This document shows positions 54,617 through 61,984 of a stretch of DNA of 64,000 nt, piece by piece (position 1 is the stretch's first letter; every line of letters starts with the position of its first letter). The stretch lies in the IMG/VR virus record IMGVR_UViG_3300009788_000087. One strand, 5' to 3'. Position numbers and translations under genes: made by a program. The stretch is from a virus. The notes under the pieces were generated by a model, which was not told where the DNA came from, searched no databases, and saw only the letters and a list, made by a program, of their open reading frames with translations.

Positions 54617-54816
54617 AGTGTCTTTCTTTATTGACTACTTCAAGGGGCTATGTTCCTCGGGTTAGTAATCGCTGTATCAACAGACTTCTCCATCCCAAGG
54701 CGTGAAGGCGTTTGATAAAACAAATGCCAACTAGCCAGTAACGATTCTATGCAATGGAGTTTTCTCATGTCTCTAGAGTTATATAGGAGCTCGCCTACGA
54801 AAATTCCCTTTTTAGG

Positions 54817-54927
54817 CTAGCAACTACCGAGGTAGGTCACGACGCCGCCGCCGAGAACCATCCACCAGGAAACCTGGAACCAATAGGGAGTCTTCTTCTT
54901 AAATTCCGACCAATATTTCTTGACCAT
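54817..54927 (-). CDS. small membrane peptide (36 aa)
   Basis: AGGAGA RBS; MVKKYWSEFKKKTPYWFQVSWWMVLGGGVVTYLGSC. Confidence 0.55.
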   Translation of the reverse strand: MVKKYWSEFKKKTPYWFQVSWWMVLGGGVVTYLGSC

Positions 54928-54976
54928 ATTTTAGTGTCTCCTATCGGGGCGAAATGCCCGTCTCAGTATATAGGCA

Positions 54977-55267
54977 CTAACTTTTCTTCTTATACTTCTT
55001 CGCTTTTGATCGTTTCTTTGGAGTCTCCTCAGTCTTCTTCTGTGGCTTCTCCTGCTTGATTGGATTATATAACCGGAGCTCAAAATATTCTCTCTTGTTG
55101 CTTCTCCGTGGCCCTCGCCGTACGATTTTCACCTTGGAGGGAGCAGGATTGAGAATTTCAGCGTCATTTACTGCTATTTTAGCTTCTCTAAAAGTCCCAA
55201 AACGATGTTTTTCATAGCAGATCAAGCGCTGCATGCTCTCCGGTTTCACTTTTTCATTTTCCACCAT
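54977..55267 (-). CDS. basic hypothetical protein
   Basis: ATG about 7 nt after a -10 box (leaderless-like). Confidence 0.65.
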   Translation of the reverse strand: MVENEKVKPESMQRLICYEKHRFGTFREAKIAVNDAEILNPAPSKVKIVRRGPRRSNKREYFELRLYNPIKQEKPQKKTEETPKKRSKAKKYKKKS

Positions 55268-55273
55268 GATTCC

Positions 55274-55302
55274 ATTTTACTCCATTGAAGCTCAATTGTA
55301 AA
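55274..55302 (-). promoter_or_regulatory. sigma70-like promoter
   Basis: TTTACA-17 nt-TAAAAT. Confidence 0.7.
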
Positions 55303-55304
55303 AC

Positions 55305-55343
55305 AAAAAAAGACCCAAGGAGAATAGCCTTCTCCCCGGGTCG
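55305..55343 (-). terminator. intrinsic terminator closing the permuted-RNA transcript
   Basis: GACCCGGGGAGAA-GGCTA-TTCTCCTTGGGTC followed by a T-run. Confidence 0.85.
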
Positions 55344-55367
55344 TTGTCTATTGACTATGAATCAATA

Positions 55368-55558
55368 ATTGTTGCGACTTATGTTGATCAACACGTTTAA
55401 TCTTCGTCTTTAGATCTAAGAACCTGCGAGTTACCATTACTCCACCTCGTCGCTCAATTCACTGATTATTTCAATGAACTCAGCGACAAGGGCTGGATAC
55501 GAACCAGCATTTCAGGTGAATTTGTACGAAGAGTTAGAGATGACCTACCACAACGATA
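55368..55558 (-). ncRNA. YrlA-like (Y RNA) permuted tRNA mimic (unit B)
   Basis: ACCTG / AAAT / T arm / approx. 20-bp closed acceptor hairpin / D arm / CAGGT, extended by a long terminal helix. Confidence 0.75.
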
Positions 55559-55561
55559 TTA

Positions 55562-55793
55562 AACTTTTGAGGAATAGTCTAAGTTTTACTTATCACTTTT
55601 AATGGACATAGAGAGTTAATCTCTACGCGTCTACCAATTTCGCCACCCGATATAAACGGAGCAGTGAGATATCCACGACTTAACGTATTCATCTTTGCTC
55701 CTAACCAGTATATCTACTGGTTTAGTTATCGGGGCAGGCATCGAACCTACACGTCCCTAAAATGATCAATGAACTTTAGTCTAAATCTCAGCT
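55562..55793 (-). ncRNA. circularly permuted tRNA-Leu(UAA)-like RNA opened in the variable arm (unit A)
   Basis: T arm, CCCGATA+A73, 74-nt insert, TATCGGG, Leu-type D arm, TAGAG-ATTAACT-CTCTA; TGTCC pairs with the upstream GGACG. Confidence 0.75.
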
Positions 55794-55806
55794 TACCTCA
55801 AACCTC

Positions 55807-56541
55807 CTAGCTACCAAACAGGTAGTCAAAAACTCGTTTACCGACCGTTGCCTTTGGAGCATTGGTGCTATTTGCTTCTTCACGTGCAAACTTCGCTGCC
55901 TTAAGCAGAGTTTCAATACGACGAAGGAACGTTTTCTTCCGTGAAGAGAGAATCGCGCCGGACTGCTTCACTGTATCCCAGTGACCGACCGTAACATCTC
56001 TAGTGATGAGCTGTGTCTGAGCTGGATGTTCTGGCGTTGCATCGTACATGACAATCGGCTCTTGGACCTTTGCCGTCGAACGTGTTGTCACTGCGGCAGT
56101 CTTGAATAGACTCGCAGCATCATCATGATTCCACTCCTCATCCGTGGAGAGAGTTGGCAGCGACTCAACGAATGTCCTAATGTCAATCAACTGCTTCTCA
56201 AGGAAAAGCAAATACGTTGCTGGAACCTTTTCCAAAAGAACAGCACCGTCTACAACAACATCAGCTTTTGCTGCAGTGTTGGCAAAATCCTTCTGAGCGG
56301 TGACATCAAACAATTCACTAAGCGACTCAGACGCCGCATCGAGAACTTCATCAACACGCGCTTGGACATGCTTGATCTCGTTAGGGCGTTCTTCACCTTC
56401 CTCATTACTCTTTCGCCACGATTTAGCAAAACCGTTAAAAAGATCACTCTTTTGAGCGACCTTGTACAACCTTGTGAGCTCCGACTTTGCTCGAGTCTTC
56501 ACACCCTTCTCAATAGCGATTACTTGATTTAGTTTTGGCAT
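55807..56541 (-). CDS. conserved coiled-coil hypothetical protein (phage/actinobacterial family)
   Basis: MPKLNQVIAIEKGVK...VPATYLLFLEK...HPAQ...AKFAREEAN; I recognise the family but know no function. Confidence 0.85.
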   Translation of the reverse strand: MPKLNQVIAIEKGVKTRAKSELTRLYKVAQKSDLFNGFAKSWRKSNEEGEERPNEIKHVQARVDEVLDAASESLSELFDVTAQKDFANTAAKADVVVDGAVLLEKVPATYLLFLEKQLIDIRTFVESLPTLSTDEEWNHDDAASLFKTAAVTTRSTAKVQEPIVMYDATPEHPAQTQLITRDVTVGHWDTVKQSGAILSSRKKTFLRRIETLLKAAKFAREEANSTNAPKATVGKRVFDYLFGS

Positions 56542-56601
56542 TGAAATTCCTTGTGTTTAAATTTGTGAGTATATTATATCAACTCATTTATCAAAAGGGA
56601 A

Positions 56602-57021
56602 TTAAAAAGAGATATGATATTTCTTGCTTTGACTACGGCATGGAGTGCAACGTGTATTGTACCAAGCATTATCACTAGTAAAACACACATCGATCGTTGT
56701 ACCACAAGTTTGACAGACATAAAAACTCATGCTTTCAGAAAATTCTACATATGTTCTTGCACTAGCTCTTGTTTCATTATCAACTTCTTTATCAAAACCA
56801 TAATAAAAACGAAGACCACCAAATTTTTCTTTAACTTGTGCTACTTGAAACACGTCAGGTTCTTCACATCCTAAACTTTCAAGACGATCGCATAGTTTCC
56901 ATACGACCGTATTCCAACCTCTTGGTAGATTAAAACCACAGTAGACTTTCTTGAACATATTGGGCCAGCGTTTTTGAAAATCTTTAAATTCATATTCAAT
57001 CGCTTTTTCGCTGTATGACAC
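56602..57021 (-). CDS. hypothetical phage protein
   Basis: GWNTVV...QVKEKFGGLRFY...CQTCG...WYNTRCTPC; GGAG RBS before GTG. Confidence 0.75.
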   Translation of the reverse strand: MSYSEKAIEYEFKDFQKRWPNMFKKVYCGFNLPRGWNTVVWKLCDRLESLGCEEPDVFQVAQVKEKFGGLRFYYGFDKEVDNETRASARTYVEFSESMSFYVCQTCGTTIDVCFTSDNAWYNTRCTPCRSQSKKYHISF

Positions 57022-57277
57022 TCTTTTTCTCCAGATAACCATGAGTCCTAAGACCCACGTATGTACCAAAACCTAAACCAAATAGATATGGAACAGTCAA
57101 CCACCTTACTTCATACATTTCGAAGTATCCAAAAAGTGCCGGCGCAGCCATTGCCATGCTTGCTCCAGATGCCATCGAGTATAATTTCTTCGTGACAAAC
57201 AGAATATAGAATACCCAGAGGAAATCTATTAGAAACCCAAAGCAAAAAACTTTTACTATGATAGAAATTTCTTCCAT
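56996..57277 (-). CDS. membrane protein
   Basis: Three hydrophobic segments. Confidence 0.65.
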   Translation of the reverse strand: MEEISIIVKVFCFGFLIDFLWVFYILFVTKKLYSMASGASMAMAAPALFGYFEMYEVRWLTVPYLFGLGFGTYVGLRTHGYLEKKSVIQRKSD

Positions 57278-57723
57278 TTAAGTCCCTTGAATGATTTGCG
57301 ATATATCGACATAGCTTCATTTCGCCATCGTTTCATATCAATTTTCTTAAGCTTGACACCTGCTTTTTCAAGTATCTGCTCGCCGTAGTCGAATGCTTTC
57401 TCCTCTGATATCGTAATCATGCCAACGATCTCTTTAGGCGTCTGAAGACCTGAGTTCATACATTCTTCGAATATCCCTCCTGCTGTATTCATTGCTACAT
57501 AATACTCATCACCACGCTTGGCAAAGTCATGTTGATGACCGAGTTCGTGCGCAAGAATATACAGTGTCTGCGGATCTTTTCGACTCAATCCTTTCCAATC
57601 AAGATGGATTTCATTCATTTGCAGATCATATGCAGCAATGCCAAAACCGCCAACCATTCTGACGAACCTTACTGCCACATCACGATCTTCAGCATACTTC
57701 AGAAGTTTTTCAAAATCACCCAT
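57256..57723 (-). CDS. HExxH metallopeptidase-like (ImmA/IrrE-type)
   Basis: LAHELGH...EEKAFDYG. Confidence 0.7.
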   Translation of the reverse strand: MGDFEKLLKYAEDRDVAVRFVRMVGGFGIAAYDLQMNEIHLDWKGLSRKDPQTLYILAHELGHQHDFAKRGDEYYVAMNTAGGIFEECMNSGLQTPKEIVGMITISEEKAFDYGEQILEKAGVKLKKIDMKRWRNEAMSIYRKSFKGLKWKKFLS

Positions 57724-57728
57724 GTCTC

Positions 57729-57757
57729 ATTATAACACAAGATGAACTATGAATAAA
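57729..57757 (-). promoter_or_regulatory. sigma70-like promoter, extended -10
   Basis: TTTATT-17 nt-TATAAT preceded by TGT; ATG 6 nt downstream. Confidence 0.65.
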
Positions 57758-57762
57758 GGACT

Positions 57763-57963
57763 TTAATCTTCGAAGTCGAAAGGGTCGTAATTTTTTAAGA
57801 AATTGAAAGAAATGGGATTAGCCCAATCAAAGGGATACAGTGGATCTGTGATTTGATCTTTATCGTAATCCCACTCTTCTTCGATTCCATCACACCAGTC
57901 ACATACAACGGATGTAAATAATTCAGTTAGATCTTTTCCACAGTCTTTACATTTCTGTTTCAT
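57763..57963 (-). CDS. small zinc-finger hypothetical protein
   Basis: CKDC...CDWC. Confidence 0.65.
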   Translation of the reverse strand: MKQKCKDCGKDLTELFTSVVCDWCDGIEEEWDYDKDQITDPLYPFDWANPISFNFLKNYDPFDFED

Positions 57964-58157
57964 AGTAGTTGATTGATCGACTCTGAAAATTGATTAGCAT
58001 AATATAGTGTACTAAGCAAAAAGACAATACAACCAATAACTATAGCGACGGAGAGCGTCCAGACCTGCCAGTTAGGTCTTATTCCAAGATCGTGGAGGGA
58101 GAGTTCCAACGGCTCCTCCTGCTCCACCTTGTGGGGTTTCTTTTCCATGGTACTCAT
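57960..58157 (-). CDS. small membrane protein
   Basis: One TM segment; ATGA coupling. Confidence 0.55.
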   Translation of the reverse strand: MSTMEKKPHKVEQEEPLELSLHDLGIRPNWQVWTLSVAIVIGCIVFLLSTLYYANQFSESINQLL

Positions 58158-58335
58158 CTGTTGTTCTTAGAAATTTAATATACGAGTCTAATATCTTATA
58201 TATTCGCACATCGTCAACGGGCGGCCAACCTTTCTGTTTCCATGCATATTCTGAGTAATGTTCGGAGAAGAATGTACCATCTGAATACATCTCTTCAGCT
58301 ATGACAATCAGTTGCTCTTTAGAGAGAGTTGACAT
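58072..58335 (-). CDS. hypothetical protein
   Basis: ATG abuts the upstream TAA. Confidence 0.55.
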   Translation of the reverse strand: MSTLSKEQLIVIAEEMYSDGTFFSEHYSEYAWKQKGWPPVDDVRIYKILDSYIKFLRTTDEYHGKETPQGGAGGAVGTLPPRSWNKT

Positions 58336-58704
58336 TTATTTTCCTGTATCTTTTGCTTGTTTCTCTTCCTCTTCGCGTACTGCTTTCATCCAATGCTCAT
58401 TGAAAACACTGCAATCACACATTTCACAGTCATACCACCTGTGAACTACAAGTGGTTTCTTTGACCTAGTCGTTCCACTATACAATCGTTTTTCTGATGG
58501 ATGTGGACATACTATTCCATACTTCGATAAAACCTTGATATAAGATTTATCCATGTCGTTGTTGAGCTTGAATAAACTGAAGACTTCTGCGACGATTCGA
58601 GCCATATCTTGATATTCAATGTCATCGATATTCATTAGACCACCGATGCCACCTGATTTAAGAAATAACTTAGAATGTCGCTTGAAAGTACTTTCAGACA
58701 TCAA
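58336..58704 (-). CDS. hypothetical protein
   Basis: ORF track; CPH...CEMC. Confidence 0.65.
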   Translation of the reverse strand: MMSESTFKRHSKLFLKSGGIGGLMNIDDIEYQDMARIVAEVFSLFKLNNDMDKSYIKVLSKYGIVCPHPSEKRLYSGTTRSKKPLVVHRWYDCEMCDCSVFNEHWMKAVREEEEKQAKDTGK

Positions 58705-59081
58705 TTCATATCCTCTCCGCTTGATGATCTCTTTGCAGCACCGGGAAGCGCAACAACTTCTATTACATTACATTCACTAATGTTATTTTTTTCTTTTTCT
58801 ATGATCTCATTTAGATCACTTGCCATAACGGATACTAACTGTATTAGCTTAGTGAAAGCGTGATATTCTTCTGCAGAATTTAGAAACTGCTGTCCGGCGA
58901 GCTCTGATCTCGGGTGGTTCTCTTGGATCATGGATTCAGTTAATGCTTTGGCTGCATCACATCTTTTTTTGAGGTGCGCCCTCAATCTATCGATCGCTGC
59001 TTGGAACTTCTCTCCGTTGTCCAGCACTGTTTTGTTGTGTGGTTGTTTGTCTCGTTCTAGGTTTCTTGTTGACTTTGACAT
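58701..59081 (-). CDS. hypothetical protein
   Basis: ORF track. Confidence 0.6.
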   Translation of the reverse strand: MSKSTRNLERDKQPHNKTVLDNGEKFQAAIDRLRAHLKKRCDAAKALTESMIQENHPRSELAGQQFLNSAEEYHAFTKLIQLVSVMASDLNEIIEKEKNNISECNVIEVVALPGAAKRSSSGEDMN

Positions 59082-59496
59082 AGTTCTTCGCCCATTTTAA
59101 GTATGTTTGAAGAACTATGTCGTTAGCATTTTCGATTAGAATTCCTTCACAGAATATCCTGTGACTGTCGGCGGCATACTGGCCTACACCTGGAATATCC
59201 CTAATGGATTTATACGAGCCGTCTCTGAATGAGCGAGAGAGCCTCTGGAGCGTACGTGTGCGCCTATTATAAAGGCCAAGGGGACGTATCAGCTCACGAA
59301 TTTCGTCTGGATCTGCACTAACACAGTCACTTGCTGTCGGCCAGCGTCGAAAGAATTCCCAGATAATTTGCTTGACTTGAACGGCTGTTGTTAGGTTTAA
59401 CATGGAACACGCGACGAAAAGCTTCCACTCATCGCCGCGCAATTGCTCCTGTATCAGAGAGTATGGAGATTGTTTTCTTGGTGTTCTTACATCCAC
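58987..59496 (-). CDS. MBD4-like HhH-GPD DNA glycosylase
   Basis: LIQEQL...EWKLFVACSMLNLT...FFRRWPT...PLGLYNRR...IPGVGQYAADS..IF. Confidence 0.85.
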   Translation of the reverse strand: MDVRTPRKQSPYSLIQEQLRGDEWKLFVACSMLNLTTAVQVKQIIWEFFRRWPTASDCVSADPDEIRELIRPLGLYNRRTRTLQRLSRSFRDGSYKSIRDIPGVGQYAADSHRIFCEGILIENANDIVLQTYLKWAKNYVKVNKKPRTRQTTTQQNSAGQRREVPSSDR

Positions 59497-59798
59497 CAGC
59501 TGCTCACGGCATAACCGACTAGTAGAGCCATACCCGACATGATAAGAATTGCGAGAGAACGTACCATTCCCTGCGCGTAATCATCATTTTTGAATTTATC
59601 ATTCATCTTGAGAGAAAGTGATGTCGTTATTGGTGACATAAATAACGCAATGACGAGTATTAAACCATATGCTTCAACTGCATTAATTGCAGGTACTCCC
59701 AATGCCGGCACAACAAACCAACCCCACATAGTTGATGTTGCTATCGATAGAACGACTGCCGCAAGAATCCCAAGGGGAATATACAATAACCATTTCAT
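59487..59798 (-). CDS. membrane protein
   Basis: Three TM segments; MWGWFVVP motif. Confidence 0.7.
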   Translation of the reverse strand: MKWLLYIPLGILAAVVLSIATSTMWGWFVVPALGVPAINAVEAYGLILVIALFMSPITTSLSLKMNDKFKNDDYAQGMVRSLAILIMSGMALLVGYAVSSWWM

Positions 59799-60280
59799 TC
59801 TTTATCTTCTTTCTTTTTCTCGTTTGTTAATCGTTCGAAAAATGCATCTTCACGTTTATTTGCTCTAACTACTAAACTTTGAAGAGCCAATGCAAATGCA
59901 TCACGTTGATCTGGTGTCATGACTATGCAGGTTCGTTCGCATTTGAGTTTAAAGTATTCTTTGTCATCATGAAATGTTCTTTCTGGCAATGACATTAGAT
60001 TATGCATTGTTATTTCAACATCTCTTGACGGAATCGTTATGCTTAAAACATCAATCTTTAAATGTTCTTCTGGTCGACTTGCAAAATAAACTGCAACCGG
60101 GAGTTCGAATCTTGTACTTACAGTTGGAGTAGAATCGTATATGTGATATCCTCTTGACTCTAAGTCTGCTACGAGTTGAGAATATAAACATTTATGCACA
60201 TAGTGATTTTTAAGATCCCTTGCTCTAACTAACATCCAATCGCCGCCATCTCCTGGCGAAATATCTGTAACTTCGATCAC
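59795..60280 (-). CDS. hypothetical protein
   Basis: ORF track. Confidence 0.65.
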   Translation of the reverse strand: MIEVTDISPGDGGDWMLVRARDLKNHYVHKCLYSQLVADLESRGYHIYDSTPTVSTRFELPVAVYFASRPEEHLKIDVLSITIPSRDVEITMHNLMSLPERTFHDDKEYFKLKCERTCIVMTPDQRDAFALALQSLVVRANKREDAFFERLTNEKKKEDKE

Positions 60281-60285
60281 TCAAT

Positions 60286-60561
60286 CTATCCTCCTTTATA
60301 AATACGCTCTGTTGAAATATCGTCAACGTAATGTGGGATACAATATTCATTATCATCAATGGGTTCGGGTACTGAGAGTAATTCATTGTCGACTGCAGCT
60401 TCTGCTTCAGGATCTTCAATGTGCTCGTCGAGATCCCCTCTCCAAATCCATTTTAACTTATACGATCGAAGATCACGTAATTCTTTATCGACTTCATCAA
60501 GCTTCTCAAGCGCGTCGGTCAATGCTGATCTAATAAATTCAATCCTGCTAAGATTACTCAT
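60286..60561 (-). CDS. hypothetical acidic protein
   Basis: ORF track. Confidence 0.6.
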   Translation of the reverse strand: MSNLSRIEFIRSALTDALEKLDEVDKELRDLRSYKLKWIWRGDLDEHIEDPEAEAAVDNELLSVPEPIDDNEYCIPHYVDDISTERIYKGG

Positions 60562-60564
60562 TTG

Positions 60565-60891
60565 TTATTTTTCTTTGATAACAGCGAAAATTTCAGGTTC
60601 ACGAACAATAAGAAGCTTTTCACCTTCTAACTCTATTTCGATCCCACCGATTTTATCGATAATGACAGTATCGCCAGGTGCTACAGATGTTTCTGCAAAT
60701 CCACCACCAGATAAATACATTCCCGGTCCCACAGCAAGTACTTCAGCCTGCAGTGACTTTTCCTGAGCTCTTGTCGGAAGAAATAATCCACCTGCAGATT
60801 TCTCTTTAATGTCGGCTCGTCTCAGTATGACATAATTGCCAACTGGAATAATTTCATGTTTTTCAAATAGTCTTGTCATATCTAACTCCAT
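60565..60891 (-). CDS. groES: co-chaperonin GroES
   Basis: PVGNYVIL, EKSAGGLFLP, VLAVGPG, VAPGDTVI, LLIVREPEIFAVI. Confidence 0.92.
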   Translation of the reverse strand: MELDMTRLFEKHEIIPVGNYVILRRADIKEKSAGGLFLPTRAQEKSLQAEVLAVGPGMYLSGGGFAETSVAPGDTVIIDKIGGIEIELEGEKLLIVREPEIFAVIKEK

Positions 60892-61262
60892 TACACACCA
60901 GCGTCAGGTGCATCTGCGAGAACATAAAGAGCTGTACACTCATCAGGGAAAATACCACGCATTAGATCATCACATGATGTAGCTAAAAGAGCGGGAAGAC
61001 ATGAGTCATATACAAGATCTGCGTGTGCTGGATTCGTTTTGTAGTGTGCACACGTCTTAAGACCAGCTTCTTGACATGCTACTTCGAATTCAGGTGTATT
61101 ATCTACACACATGGTTGCTCGTTCGCATGTAGCAACAACAATCTCTGCACATAACGCTGTCTCAGACAACGTTCTACATTCTTCAGCAACTTGTGCTTGA
61201 CATGATATTGCAAAAAGCAAGAGCGCCGAAACTACTAGTAACCTTCTCATTCTATTCTCCAT
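60891..61262 (-). CDS. Cys-rich lipoprotein-like protein
   Basis: Signal plus FAISC lipobox-like site; CERATMC; C-terminal PDAG. Confidence 0.7.
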   Translation of the reverse strand: MENRMRRLLVVSALLLFAISCQAQVAEECRTLSETALCAEIVVATCERATMCVDNTPEFEVACQEAGLKTCAHYKTNPAHADLVYDSCLPALLATSCDDLMRGIFPDECTALYVLADAPDAGV

Positions 61263-61283
61263 TCTAAATTAAAAGTGTGAGCC

Positions 61284-61448
61284 TTATTCCAATAAAATTG
61301 ATTTTACATCATCAAGAGACACCATGAATTTCTTGGCAATATCCTCAAGTTCCATCCCTTGATCTAGCATAAGATTGATCGCGCCGTCCCTGACTAACAC
61401 GAGATCGTCATCAATCTCAACAGCATACATCGTATTGTTATTCATCAT
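61284..61448 (-). CDS. small hypothetical protein (54 aa)
   Basis: Read by hand; AAAGA upstream; HTH-like C-terminus. Confidence 0.45.
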   Translation of the reverse strand: MMNNNTMYAVEIDDDLVLVRDGAINLMLDQGMELEDIAKKFMVSLDDVKSILLE

Positions 61449-61713
61449 TCTTTACACCATAAATGCGCGCATCCAGTTGAATGGAGCATTGTTCATTGTC
61501 TACTGAAAAAATTACCTCATCACTGCCATCCCACTTGAATGACAATGAACTAACACATCCAGCTTCAACTTCATCAGCAATTCTTTTCATAATGATTGCA
61601 ATACCACGAGGCACAGAAACTCCCCACCATTTTGTCGTACTATCAATTGGGATTTCATTCACAAGTGTTTGACGTCGTTTACGTTTAGGTTTATTAGAAA
61701 TACAATATTGCAT
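61438..61713 (-). CDS. hypothetical protein
   Basis: ATG just downstream of the promoter at 61726-61754. Confidence 0.55.
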   Translation of the reverse strand: MQYCISNKPKRKRRQTLVNEIPIDSTTKWWGVSVPRGIAIIMKRIADEVEAGCVSSLSFKWDGSDEVIFSVDNEQCSIQLDARIYGVKNDE

Positions 61714-61725
61714 AAAACTGTATCC

Positions 61726-61754
61726 ATTATAACACAAAGAGTATCTAATGAAAA
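61726..61754 (-). promoter_or_regulatory. sigma70-like promoter, extended -10
   Basis: TTTTCA-17 nt-TATAAT; shares TTGTGTTATAAT with the 57729 promoter. Confidence 0.6.
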
Positions 61755-61758
61755 ACTT

Positions 61759-61980
61759 TTATTGATCATCTTTCACGGCTTTTCTAATCTTACTAAGAAT
61801 ATTCTCTAATCTTACGACATCACCTTCTGACGGGATGCCATCACGTGATTGTACTAAACCATCGAGATACATAAGATCAGCAACAATAGACTTATCATAG
61901 AAATTGCTCACCCAGTTTATTTCAGTGTCAGTTAACTCATTAATGAGGAAATTCCATTTTTCTATGTTATCCATATTCAT
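61759..61980 (-). CDS. hypothetical protein
   Basis: GGGGA RBS before MNMDNIEK. Confidence 0.6.
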   Translation of the reverse strand: MNMDNIEKWNFLINELTDTEINWVSNFYDKSIVADLMYLDGLVQSRDGIPSEGDVVRLENILSKIRKAVKDDQ

Positions 61981-61984
61981 TGAG

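Noticed and set aside
54640-54768. 42-aa ORF MRKLHCIESLL...
   Set aside because: No RBS and no recognisable features; insufficient support.
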